64,000 nt of DNA, taken from the NCBI GenBank assembly GCA_035759745.1, contig DASTUF010000084.1:10784-74783 (forward strand), given 5' to 3'. Both the position numbers and the translations under genes were made by a program. Shown one piece after another: positions 8,785-17,559 of the stretch; within the stretch, counting starts at the first letter, position 1, and every line of letters starts with the position of its first letter. This DNA comes from Gemmatimonadales bacterium. GTDB lineage: Bacteria > Gemmatimonadota > Gemmatimonadetes > Gemmatimonadales > GWC2-71-9. Under the pieces are notes generated by a model. The model did no database searches and was not told the DNA's origin. It worked only from the letters and a program-made list of their open reading frames with translations.

Positions 8785-9698
8785 AGCAGTCTTGGGTGTC
8801 TCAGCATCCCGTCATTGGTCCACTCCGAGAACCCCACGCTGGCCTTCAGGCGAGGCGTTACCCAGTGCGCCTTCTCGCTCGGAGCTACCCTGAGGCCTGC
8901 CACTGGCGGTCGCTGGCGCTCCAGCGGCGCCAGCCGCTGCCGGAGCTCACGCAGCATCGCATCGGTGAAGCCGGTGCCCACCTTGCCCGCATAGCGCAGC
9001 GCCCCGGCCTCCTTCACGCCCAGCAGCAGCGCGCCCAGCCCGGCTCGACTGCCCTTCGGCTCAGTCCAGCCGATGATGACGAACTCGCCCTGCTGCACCG
9101 GCTTGAGTTTGACCCAGTCGCGTGAGCGTCCGCTGCGATAGCTGCTGGCAGCGCGCTTTCCCATGAGCCCCTCAAAGCCCGCATCCACCATCGCGGCGAA
9201 CAGTTCGTCAAAGCTGCCATCCAGCACCGGGGTCAGGCGCAGTGCACCGAGGTCCTCGACCGACTGCTCGAGCAGCGCCCGGCGCTCGGTCCATGGAAGG
9301 CGCGTCACTCGCTTGCCTGCAAGCGCCAGGCAATCGAACACCGAATACTCCACCGGTACATCGCGTTGGATCGCCGGCGGCGGATTGGCCCGCTTCATTC
9401 GCTGCTGCAGCCGCGCGAAGCTGGGCACGCCGGTGGCGGGGTCGGTTGCGATGAGCTCGCCATCCACGATCGCGCCGTCGGGCAGCGCCTCGCCCAGCCG
9501 CGCCGCGACCTCGGGATAGTTGCCCTCCACCCGAAGCTTGTTGCGGGAATAGATCCGGATCTCGTTGCCCTGGCGGGACGCAATGGCCCGAACGCCGTCG
9601 AGCTTCGGCTCGTAGATCCAGCCATCCGGCAATGCGAGGGGCTTGACCAGGGTGGCCAGCATCGGCGCGATCCAGCCTCGCGGGCTGGCTTCGCTCAC
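8751..9698 (-). CDS. ligD: ATP-dependent DNA ligase (NHEJ LigD ligase domain protein)
   Basis: Adenylation motif EPKLDGVR and an OB-fold C-terminus. Start overlaps the upstream gene stop. Confidence 0.9.
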   Translation of the reverse strand: MSEASPRGWIAPMLATLVKPLALPDGWIYEPKLDGVRAIASRQGNEIRIYSRNKLRVEGNYPEVAARLGEALPDGAIVDGELIATDPATGVPSFARLQQRMKRANPPPAIQRDVPVEYSVFDCLALAGKRVTRLPWTERRALLEQSVEDLGALRLTPVLDGSFDELFAAMVDAGFEGLMGKRAASSYRSGRSRDWVKLKPVQQGEFVIIGWTEPKGSRAGLGALLLGVKEAGALRYAGKVGTGFTDAMLRELRQRLAPLERQRPPVAGLRVAPSEKAHWVTPRLKASVGFSEWTNDGMLRHPRLLSGKWEVGSGK

Positions 9699-10783
9699 CC
9701 GCCCGGCTCGCTGCCGGCCGCGCCCAGCGCGGCGCCAAGGTCTGCCTTGTGCTCGAGAATATCGGCCCAGGGGTCGCCGTGGCGGGCGATGTGCTCTGCG
9801 GCGGTCCTGAGGGTGAAGTCGGTGGGATAGACCGAGGCCAGCTCATCCCAGCGAAGCGGCATCGACACAGTTGCTGCCGGATGCATTCGCGGCGATAGCG
9901 CCGCCGCCAGCGACTTCCCCCGGACATTCTGGTTGAAATCGAAGAACACCTTGCCGGTGCGGTTTTCCACCGACCACTCGAGCGTCACCTGCTTCGGCGC
10001 CCGCTGGGCCGCGAACTCGCCCAGGGCGCGCGCCATCTCGCGCACCTCGTCGAAGGTGAAATCGCGCAGGATCGGCAGGTACAGATGCAGTCCGGTCTTG
10101 CCCGACGTCTTTACGTAGGCCGAGAGTCCCAGCGACAGCGCGATCTCCCGGACCTCGAGCGCCACGTCGCGCACCATGGCGAAGCCCTTTCGGTGCAGCC
10201 GAGGTTCCTCCCCTTGCCCCTCCTTGCCGGAGTAGAGGTAGGCATCGAGATCCACCACCAGAAAGTCGGGGTAGTTGAGGCGTGACTCCTCGACCGCCGC
10301 CTCGGACGAGGCGTAATCGGTGCCGAGCGAACGGCCATCGGCGCCGCGGCCGATGCGCGAGAACCACACATGGTACTCCAGCGCCGCGAACTGACCCAGC
10401 CAGAGCAGCGTCGCGAGATTGCTCGCCAGCAGCAGGTCGATCGCGCCCTTGTTCTCCGGGCTGAACACCGCCAGCGACCGCACGAAGGCGGGAGCGTCGG
10501 GAAACTTCTTCTGGAAGAACTTCTTTCCCCCCACGCCATCGGGCGCGCGGGTGACGAACACCGGACGATCCTTCAGGTGCGGCAGCAGCCACGGTGACGC
10601 TGCGGCCAGGTAGCGCAGCAGGTCGCGCTTGGTCGCGGCCGGGCGCGCCTCGGGCCAGAGCGGCTTGTCCAGGCTGGTGACGTCCACCCGGTGGCGGCCC
10701 ATGGTGAGGGTCGCCGTGGCGCCGGCGTCGTCCAGCTGCTCCAGCACTTTGGCCACCTGGTCGGCGCTGCCGGGAGACCCCAT
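9695..10783 (-). CDS. ligD: NHEJ DNA polymerase/primase (LigD polymerase domain protein)
   Basis: LigD polymerase-domain features (LDKPLWPE, VDLD...) and its position between ku and the ligase. Confidence 0.85.
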   Translation of the reverse strand: MGSPGSADQVAKVLEQLDDAGATATLTMGRHRVDVTSLDKPLWPEARPAATKRDLLRYLAAASPWLLPHLKDRPVFVTRAPDGVGGKKFFQKKFPDAPAFVRSLAVFSPENKGAIDLLLASNLATLLWLGQFAALEYHVWFSRIGRGADGRSLGTDYASSEAAVEESRLNYPDFLVVDLDAYLYSGKEGQGEEPRLHRKGFAMVRDVALEVREIALSLGLSAYVKTSGKTGLHLYLPILRDFTFDEVREMARALGEFAAQRAPKQVTLEWSVENRTGKVFFDFNQNVRGKSLAAALSPRMHPAATVSMPLRWDELASVYPTDFTLRTAAEHIARHGDPWADILEHKADLGAALGAAGSEPGG

Positions 10784-10786
10784 GCG

Positions 10787-11626
10787 TCAGCCGGCTTTCC
10801 GGCCCGTGGTGCTCTTGCGGGTACGGCGTCGCGCCGGTGCGTTCGGCCTGGCCTTGCTCCCACGCGAACGCTTGAGGCTCCGAGCCAGCGCCTCGCGCAA
10901 GTCGATCACCTCGGTCTCCTTGTGCTCCGGAGCGGCCACGACCTCCTTGCCCTCAAGCTTGGCATCGATCAGCTCCGATACCGCCTCACGGTACGTGTCC
11001 TTGTAGTCCTCGGGGTCGAACGGCTTCCGCAGCATGGTGATCAGTTGCTGGGCCAGCTTCACTTCTTCGGCGGTGACCTTGGTCTTGGAGATGTCGGCGC
11101 CCTCGGTGGCGACGATTTCATCGGGATAGAAGAGCGTCTCCAGCATCAGCGTACCCTCGCGGGGCCGCAGCGCGCAGAGCTGCTCCTTCTTTCGAATGGT
11201 GATGGTGGCGATGGCCAGGAGGTTCTTTTCGGTCAAGGCGCGCATCAGCAGCGCATAAGGCTTCTCGCCCCGGTCACCCGGGAGAAGGTGATAGGCCTTC
11301 TCGAAATAGATCGGGTCGATCTCGGAACCTTCGACGAACGCGCTGATGTCGATGGTGTGCTTGCTGCGCACGGGAAGCTTCTCGAAGTCCTCGTCGGTCA
11401 TGGTCACGAAGCGGTCCTTGCCGTACTCGTAGCCGCGCACGATCTCCTCCCACGCCACTTCCACCTCGTCGGTGGGACACCAGCGCTTCTGCTGGATCGG
11501 CGTTCCGCAGCTCGCGTGGATCAGCTTGAAGGAGACGTCCTTCGAGCGGGTGGCACTGTGCAGTTTCACCGGGATGCTCACCAGCCCGAAGCTGATGATC
11601 CCTGACCAGATTGCTCGTTCCGCCAT
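10787..11626 (-). CDS. ku: Ku protein (NHEJ DNA end-binding)
   Basis: The N-terminus MAERAIWSGIISFGLVSIPVKL is the canonical bacterial Ku start, followed by a basic C-terminal tail. Confidence 0.95.
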   Translation of the reverse strand: MAERAIWSGIISFGLVSIPVKLHSATRSKDVSFKLIHASCGTPIQQKRWCPTDEVEVAWEEIVRGYEYGKDRFVTMTDEDFEKLPVRSKHTIDISAFVEGSEIDPIYFEKAYHLLPGDRGEKPYALLMRALTEKNLLAIATITIRKKEQLCALRPREGTLMLETLFYPDEIVATEGADISKTKVTAEEVKLAQQLITMLRKPFDPEDYKDTYREAVSELIDAKLEGKEVVAAPEHKETEVIDLREALARSLKRSRGSKARPNAPARRRTRKSTTGRKAG

Positions 11627-11829
11627 ATACCCCCCAGGTCGGCCGCATGGATATCCACACGGCTATCCACATCGAATGCACACCGTTTCCACCACAGCGG
11701 GCCGTGAACTTCGGCTCACCGATCAAGTATGCATCGGATTCGGGGGGCTGCGGTGCGGGGCGTCACGAGAGGCAAAGTTCCGCCCGCCGTTGCCGCAGCA
11801 ACCGGGCCCGGTTTTCATTCCCCGCACAG

Positions 11830-12735
11830 ATGCGCGTCTACTACTACCAGGACTCATACGGAAACTTCGGTGACGAGCTGAACCAGTGGCTCTGGCCCCG
11901 GGTGCTTCCGCGTGGTTTTGACCGCAGTGACAACGCCCTGCTGCTCGGCATTGGAACGCTGATCCGCCAGGAAGTGCCGGAGACGGCCATCAAGGTGGTC
12001 ATGGGCGCGGGCGCGGGCTATGGAGAACTGCCGCAGCTGGACGAGCGGTGGCGCTTCTACGCCGTTCGCGGCCCACGCACGGCCGCCGCCCTCGGCCTTC
12101 CCGCTGAGCTGGCCATGACGGATACGGCTGCCCTGGTCAACGCGCTCGAGCCACTCGCCGGTGGGCGTGCGGGGGTGGGGTTCATGCCCCATCACGTGAG
12201 CCGCGACCTGTATGACTGGGCCAGTCTGAGCCGCCGCCTGGGCCTGGTCTATCTCGACCCCCGCGCGCCGGTGCCGCGGCTGCTGGCCCGGATGAAGCGG
12301 CTGAAGCTGGTCCTCGCCGAAGCAATGCACGGCGCGATCGTGGCCGACGCGCTCCGGGTGCCATGGGTACCGGTTCGCGCCTACGACCATATCAACTCGT
12401 TCAAGTGGCACGATTGGGCCGATTCGCTCGAGTTGAGCTACGAGCCGGTCGACCTGCCCGCGCTCGCCGACAACCACCAGCTGCACCCTGCGCGGCGGCT
12501 GAACGATTACGCCAAGCAGGCCTGGCGCCGGAAGTCACTCACCCGCCTCGGCGCACCCAAACGCCAGGTTCCCAGTACCCAGGCAGAGATCGACCACGCT
12601 TCGGCAACGCTTGCTGGACTTGCACGCGAAGAACACGGAAGGCTGTCGGAGGACAGCGTCCTGGCCGACCGCGTCAGGCGGCTCCAGGATGCGCTCGCCC
12701 GTGTGAGCGCCGACTGGTGTGGCCCCGCGGCCTGA
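11830..12735 (+). CDS. polysaccharide pyruvyl transferase family protein (ExoV-like)
   Basis: Internal Met gives MRVYYYQDSYGNFGDELNQWLW, the typical PS_pyruv_trans N-terminus. The upstream part of the ORF looks non-coding. Confidence 0.7.
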   Translation: MRVYYYQDSYGNFGDELNQWLWPRVLPRGFDRSDNALLLGIGTLIRQEVPETAIKVVMGAGAGYGELPQLDERWRFYAVRGPRTAAALGLPAELAMTDTAALVNALEPLAGGRAGVGFMPHHVSRDLYDWASLSRRLGLVYLDPRAPVPRLLARMKRLKLVLAEAMHGAIVADALRVPWVPVRAYDHINSFKWHDWADSLELSYEPVDLPALADNHQLHPARRLNDYAKQAWRRKSLTRLGAPKRQVPSTQAEIDHASATLAGLAREEHGRLSEDSVLADRVRRLQDALARVSADWCGPAA

Positions 12736-12741
12736 CGTCGC

Positions 12742-13872
12742 TCAACTCAGCAATGCAGTCAGGAAACGAATACGAATGCCGCCGGTGACGGTGGAGAACG
12801 TTTCCTCCAGCGGCAGGCCGAGCTGACGTTCGAACTGGGGGTGCGCCACCAGCACTCCCACCATCCACCCGGCTCCATCCCGCCGAAGCAGCTGACCCAG
12901 CCTGGCGTACAGATCGCGCAACCGCATGGCCTCGCCGATCCGCATCCCGTAGGGCGGGTTGGTGAGGAGCAAGCCCGGCACGCCACTCAACTCCAGGGCG
13001 GAGATCGGCTGTTGGGCGATGTCGAGATCACTCAGGACCCCCGCCCGTTCTGCATTGGCGCGGCAAGCAGCAATCGCCCCGGCATCGCGATCAAGGGCAC
13101 GAATCGGCACCGAGGACGCGGGCATTACCTCTGACGACAGCTCGTGCCGGATGGTCGCAGTATCAGCACCGGCCAGCAGCGGCCATTGCTCGCAGGCAAA
13201 GCTTCTCGCCCGGCCGGGCGGAATTCTCCGCGCCAGCATCGCCGCCTCGATCGGGATGGTGCCAGATCCGGCGAAGGGATCCGCCAACGGTCGGTCACCA
13301 GTCCAGCCTGAGCCCATCAGCATCGCTGCTGCCAGCGTTTCGCGGAGGGGCGCCTTGCCGGCGGCTTGACGGTAACCCCGTCGATGCAGCAGTTCCCCCG
13401 AGGCGTCGGCGCTCACCGTGACCTCGTCCCGGAACACCCGCACGATCAGTCGCTGGAGGTTGGCCTCGGCCGGCGCGTCATCCGGCGGCCATCGAACAGC
13501 CGCGAGTCCCTCGACCGCCGAGGCTGCCGCGCGCGCCAGGCGCTCGGCGATGCCACCCTGATGGTAGAGTTTTGATTTTCTGGAGGTGACGCGGAACGCT
13601 ACCTGGTCGCCCGAGCGCAGCACCTCGTGCCAGGGGAGCGCTTTGGCATGACGCTCGAGCTCCGGGAAAGTGCGCGCATGAAATGAATCGAGGCGAAGCA
13701 GCAGCCGGGAGGCAGTACGAAGCTGGAGATTGAGCCGGAAGAGGTCGGCCGGCGCGGCGCGAAACGATACGCCACCGGGCTCGGTGCCGTCAGGCTCGAT
13801 CCCCAGTGCCCGGAGCTCGGCCGCCGTGATCGCTTCGATCCCTGGAGCCGTGACGGCGAAGCACGAATGCAT
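12742..13872 (-). CDS. THUMP-domain class I SAM-dependent RNA methyltransferase
   Basis: Start at MHSCFAVTAPGIEAI (13872). Contains THUMP-like elements and the LLTNPPYG methyltransferase motif IV. The track's 130-aa N-terminal extension crosses a hairpin repeat. Confidence 0.8.
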   Translation of the reverse strand: MHSCFAVTAPGIEAITAAELRALGIEPDGTEPGGVSFRAAPADLFRLNLQLRTASRLLLRLDSFHARTFPELERHAKALPWHEVLRSGDQVAFRVTSRKSKLYHQGGIAERLARAAASAVEGLAAVRWPPDDAPAEANLQRLIVRVFRDEVTVSADASGELLHRRGYRQAAGKAPLRETLAAAMLMGSGWTGDRPLADPFAGSGTIPIEAAMLARRIPPGRARSFACEQWPLLAGADTATIRHELSSEVMPASSVPIRALDRDAGAIAACRANAERAGVLSDLDIAQQPISALELSGVPGLLLTNPPYGMRIGEAMRLRDLYARLGQLLRRDGAGWMVGVLVAHPQFERQLGLPLEETFSTVTGGIRIRFLTALLS

Positions 13873-13882
13873 GCAGGAAAGT

Positions 13883-13953
13883 AGGCGTGGGGCGTGAGGC
13901 GTGCGGCGTGGGGGTTTTGCCTCACGCCCCAGGCCCCACGCCCCACGCCTCAC
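13883..13953. repeat. heptamer hairpin (GGCGTGG/GGCGTGA flavour)
   Basis: AGGCGTGGGGCGTGAGGCGTGCGGCGTGGGGG (13883-13914), loop TTTTG, then CCTCACGCCCCAGGCCCCACGCCCCACGCCTCAC (13920-13953). The upstream gene's stop lies inside the right arm. Confidence 0.9.
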
Positions 13954-14915
13954 CAGGCGACAGCGATCCCATCCGGCCCCGCGCCGGTCTTGAAGCGCCG
14001 CACTTCCTCCAGCGTGCGCAGGTCCACCATCGCGGCCTCGTCGGTGCCCTGGAGCGACACGAACGCATAGGCGCCGTCGGGGCTGATGGCGGTGCCGACC
14101 GGCTGGCCATCGCCGAAGCTGATGGCCCGGCGCTCCGACCTGCTCGCGACGTCGAAGACGCGAAGCACGCCAGTCATCGGTGCCGGAACCAGCGCCGTCC
14201 CCCCGTCCGCCGAAATAGCCACCCGGTACGGCAACCCGGCGGCGGGAAGCGTGTCGAGCACCTTCCAATTCTGCGCGTCGACCACGGTCACGGTGTGGTC
14301 GGTGTTGCTGCCCACCCAGACCTCGCGGCCGTCGGGAGTTACCCCCACGCCCTCGGTGCGAGGCGCCACGTCGAGGCTGCGCACAGGAGTGCCGCCAACG
14401 AGGTCAATTTCAGTGATGGAATTGCTGCCGACGTTGGCAGTGAAGGCTCGGCGTCCGTCGGCAGTGACAGCCACCATGTGGGAGCCGCGCGCGTTGGTGG
14501 AAATAGCCCTTTCGACCACGCCCGTGGCGGGGTTCACGAGCAGCACTGCGGAGTTGGCTTCGACCGTCACTACAACCAGGGAGTCACCCGGTAGCACCAC
14601 GATGCCGTGGGGCCGTCGGTACTCGCCGAGGTCGATGGTACGCCGGACGCTGTGGGTGAGGAGGTCGATGACGGTGAGCGAACTGCCCGGTTCCTGGCCG
14701 CCGTAGTTGGCCACGATCGCCCACTCGCCGCTGCCCGCCACAGCCACTTCATGGGGGCCGCTGCCCGTTGGGACCGTCGCAAGCGCCTGCCCCGAGCCGA
14801 TCTCGATGATCGACGCGGTCGCTTCCTGCTTGTTGGCGACGATGAGGAGCGCACCGGCGGGAACTGCGGCCTGTGCCTGAGCCAGGATGGTGATGGCGAG
14901 GAGGAGGGAGGGCAT
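13950..14915 (-). CDS. secreted YVTN/YncE-like beta-propeller repeat protein
   Basis: Signal peptide MPSLLLAITILAQAQA followed by repeated ...V.PDG...V.N..S..V.V.D motifs. Confidence 0.8.
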   Translation of the reverse strand: MPSLLLAITILAQAQAAVPAGALLIVANKQEATASIIEIGSGQALATVPTGSGPHEVAVAGSGEWAIVANYGGQEPGSSLTVIDLLTHSVRRTIDLGEYRRPHGIVVLPGDSLVVVTVEANSAVLLVNPATGVVERAISTNARGSHMVAVTADGRRAFTANVGSNSITEIDLVGGTPVRSLDVAPRTEGVGVTPDGREVWVGSNTDHTVTVVDAQNWKVLDTLPAAGLPYRVAISADGGTALVPAPMTGVLRVFDVASRSERRAISFGDGQPVGTAISPDGAYAFVSLQGTDEAAMVDLRTLEEVRRFKTGAGPDGIAVAW

Positions 14916-14916
14916 A

Positions 14917-14966
14917 GGGGTCAGGGACTAGGGATCAGGGATGAAGTCCCTACGTCCCTCAAACCC
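14917..14966. repeat. GGGNNNN heptamer array (GGGGTCA GGGACTA GGGATCA GGGATGA) with a short complementary segment
   Basis: Read directly: four G3-4 runs at period 7, followed by AGTCCCTACGTCCCT. Confidence 0.8.
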
Positions 14967-14985
14967 GGAAGGGTTCGGCCCCTCC

Positions 14986-15018
14986 TACTTCCCACTCCCC
15001 ACTAACCACTCCCCACTT
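14986..15018. repeat. single-armed C-rich heptamer array (TACTTCC CACTCCC CACTAAC CACTCCC CACTT)
   Basis: Read directly. Lies 7 nt downstream of the tRNA-Phe 3' end in the minus-strand sense. Confidence 0.85.
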
Positions 15019-15024
15019 GATGCA

Positions 15025-15097
<73 letters not shown>

Positions 15098-15156
15098 GAC
15101 AAGCCGCGGAAAATAAGCCTTGACCGGCCCGCCGTCACCCCCCGACACTCCACCCC

Positions 15157-15534
15157 GTGAGAATATCCTCGACCGCCCTGACCGCCCTGACCGTCCTGAC
15201 CGCCTTGACCGCCCTGACCGGCTGCAGGCCATCACAGGACGCCGAGCTGATGGTGCTCCAGCACCGGGGCGACTCGCTCTGGCTGGTGCCCGCGCCGGGG
15301 GTCCGGATCAGTACCGGCTATGCCCCCCGGCTGCTGCTGGAGTCCGGCCCCGTGATCCGGTTCGACTCCCCTTGGGTCAGCTCCGATTCCCTCTGGTTCA
15401 CCGAGCCGCCCATGGCCGTGGCGCCCCAGCCTGCAGCCGGGCTCTCGGGCACGCTCAAGGCCAGCACCTGTGACAACGATGCCGGCTACTGCCGCCTTGT
15501 CATCGTGGCGGTTGAGGACGGGCAGGTCCGCTGA
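15157..15534 (+). CDS. hypothetical lipoprotein with a tandem-repeat signal peptide
   Basis: GTG start. STALTALTVLTALTALTGC has the LTGC lipobox, and the h-region is encoded by a 9-nt tandem repeat. Confidence 0.55.
   Translation: MRISSTALTALTVLTALTALTGCRPSQDAELMVLQHRGDSLWLVPAPGVRISTGYAPRLLLESGPVIRFDSPWVSSDSLWFTEPPMAVAPQPAAGLSGTLKASTCDNDAGYCRLVIVAVEDGQVR
15171..15224. repeat. 9-nt tandem repeat GACCGCCCT, about 6 copies, in frame
   Basis: GACCGCCCT GACCGCCCT GACCGTCCT GACCGCCTT GACCGCCCT GACCGGCTG, read directly. Confidence 0.9.
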
Positions 15535-15637
15535 GCAGTGCTCCCCGCGGCTGGCGACCCCGCATGGCGGGGGTATCTTGCCCACAGGCTCCGTTGCTTC
15601 CGATCACCTGCACCTTTCAGACTTCGAGTGCTTCGCC

Positions 15638-16804
15638 ATGCGCCTCTTCCGGATCGCGGCCCTGCCCTGCTTCCTCCTCGCCGTCCCGGCGCTGCTCACT
15701 GCCCAGGCTCCTGCCGCACGCGGCGGTTTCGTGGTGACCCTCGGCGACGATACCCTCTCCGCCGAGCAGTTCGTACGTACTGATTCCTCGCTGGAAGTCA
15801 CCCGGGTCGCCCGCTCTCCCCGGGTAACGGTACTCACCGTACGGGCCGACCTCGGCCCGGATGCGCGAATCGTTCGGTTCACGTCGGAAAGCAGGCCGGG
15901 CGGCATGCTGGAGCAGCCGGCTTCCCAGACGAGCTCGGTGGTGTTCACCGACACCAGCGCGCAGGTGACGCTGCGACAGGGCGACAGCACTCGCAGCTAT
16001 GCTACGGCAGTGTCCCCGCATGCCTTGCCGATGCTGAGCGGCACCTACTCCCTCTACGACCAGGCGACGCGCCATGCTGTCGCGGCCGGGCAGGATTCCA
16101 TTCCGCTGCAGTTCGTCTTCCCCGGCGCCATGAATCCGCTGCCGTCCTACGTCGTGCGCCGCGGGGTCGACTCGGCCGTCATCGGCACGTTTGGCCTGCC
16201 CTCGTATGCGCGCATCGGCCCCGATGGCCAGCTCCTCGGACTGGACGGGCGGGAGACCACCGCCAAGGTGAAGGTCTCGCGCGTCGACTCGATGGACATC
16301 GCTGGCCTGGTGAAGGCGTGGACCCTGGCGGAGTCGGAACGGGGGGTGGCAGGGAATCTCTCGCCACGCGACACCGCCGAGGCCGTGATCGGTAATTCGC
16401 GGGTGACGGTCGACTACGGCCGGCCCCGAAAGAGGGGCCGCATGATCTTCGGCGGGATCGTGCCCTGGGGCGAGGTCTGGCGCACAGGCGCCAACGCGGC
16501 GACCCAGCTCATGGTCGAGAGCCCGGTCACGCTGGGCGACACGATCAAGCTCCAGCCGGGTGTGTACACCCTGTGGACACTGCCCACCGAAGACGGCGCG
16601 ACACTGATCATCAACGGCCAGGCCGGGCAGTGGGGCACCGAGTACCATGCCGAGCGCGACATAGGCAGGGTGCCGCTTGTGGTCTCGGCCGGACCAGAGG
16701 TCGAGATGTTCACCATCCAGGTCGAGGAGCGAGGCGACAGCCGCGGTGCGATCGTCTTCGCGTGGGACACCACCCGCTGGGAAGCGGCGTTCGAGGTGGA
16801 GTGA
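15638..16804 (+). CDS. secreted DUF2911 domain-containing protein
   Basis: Met at 15638 gives the signal peptide [24 protein letters not shown]. The C-terminal part ([25 protein letters not shown]...YTLWTLP) resembles DUF2911. Confidence 0.75.
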   Translation: MRLFRIAALPCFLLAVPALLTAQAPAARGGFVVTLGDDTLSAEQFVRTDSSLEVTRVARSPRVTVLTVRADLGPDARIVRFTSESRPGGMLEQPASQTSSVVFTDTSAQVTLRQGDSTRSYATAVSPHALPMLSGTYSLYDQATRHAVAAGQDSIPLQFVFPGAMNPLPSYVVRRGVDSAVIGTFGLPSYARIGPDGQLLGLDGRETTAKVKVSRVDSMDIAGLVKAWTLAESERGVAGNLSPRDTAEAVIGNSRVTVDYGRPRKRGRMIFGGIVPWGEVWRTGANAATQLMVESPVTLGDTIKLQPGVYTLWTLPTEDGATLIINGQAGQWGTEYHAERDIGRVPLVVSAGPEVEMFTIQVEERGDSRGAIVFAWDTTRWEAAFEVE

Positions 16805-17457
16805 TGTCGCCCGATCGTTCGACGCAGTTGCCGAACCTGACGATCCTCGGGCATCCGCTGATCCAGCACAAGCTGACGCTGCTCCGGGATCGCAGCACCA
16901 GCACCCGTGACTTCAAGCAGCTGGTCAACGAGATCGCCATGCTGATGGCGTACGAGGTCACCAAGGACCTCGTCACCGAGCCGGTGGAGATCGAGACCCC
17001 GCTCGAGCGGACGACCGGCCAGCAGGTCGCCGGCAAGAAGCTCACGCTCGTGCCCATCCTGCGGGCGGGCCTCGGCATGGTCGAGGGCATCGCGCAGCTG
17101 ATTCCCTCTGCGCGGGTCGGTCACATAGGCATGTACCGCGATCACGACTCGCTGGAACCAGTCGACTACTATTTCAAGATCCCGGGTGGCGAGGAGGAGC
17201 GCGACTTTATCATTCTGGATCCGATGCTCGCCACCGGCGGCTCTGCGGTGGCTGCGGTCACGGCGCTCCGCCGTGCCGGTGCCAGGCGGATCCGGTTTCT
17301 CTGCATCGTCAGCGCGCCCGAAGGCGTGAAGCGCCTGCTGGATGCGCACGCCGACGTGCCGGTCTACACCGCCGCACTCGATCGCAAGCTCAATGAGAAG
17401 GGCTACATCCTCCCCGGCCTCGGTGACGCCGGCGACCGGCTGTTTGGAACGAGATAA
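16804..17457 (+). CDS. upp: uracil phosphoribosyltransferase
   Basis: [13 protein letters not shown], the PRPP-binding loop [11 protein letters not shown], and [19 protein letters not shown] overlaps the upstream TGA. Confidence 0.95.
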   Translation: MSPDRSTQLPNLTILGHPLIQHKLTLLRDRSTSTRDFKQLVNEIAMLMAYEVTKDLVTEPVEIETPLERTTGQQVAGKKLTLVPILRAGLGMVEGIAQLIPSARVGHIGMYRDHDSLEPVDYYFKIPGGEEERDFIILDPMLATGGSAVAAVTALRRAGARRIRFLCIVSAPEGVKRLLDAHADVPVYTAALDRKLNEKGYILPGLGDAGDRLFGTR

Positions 17458-17547
17458 CTAGTGGGGGGTGGGAAGTGGGAAGTGGGCGGACCCACATTCC
17501 ACTTCCCACTCCCCACTCCCCACTCCCCACTTCCCACTTCCCACTAG
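17458..17547. repeat. heptamer hairpin (GTGGGAA/GTGGGGA flavour) bounded by CTAG...CTAG
   Basis: G-rich arm 17458-17486, loop CGGA, then a C-rich arm about twice as long (17491-17547). Starts 1 nt after the upp stop. Confidence 0.9.
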
Positions 17548-17559
17548 TCAGGCAGGTCA

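Noticed and set aside
13873-14268. N-terminal 132-aa extension of the THUMP methyltransferase ORF (track start at 14268)
   Set aside because: The extension crosses the 13883-13953 hairpin and overlaps the beta-propeller gene. Homology-like sequence begins at MHSCFAVTAPG (13872).
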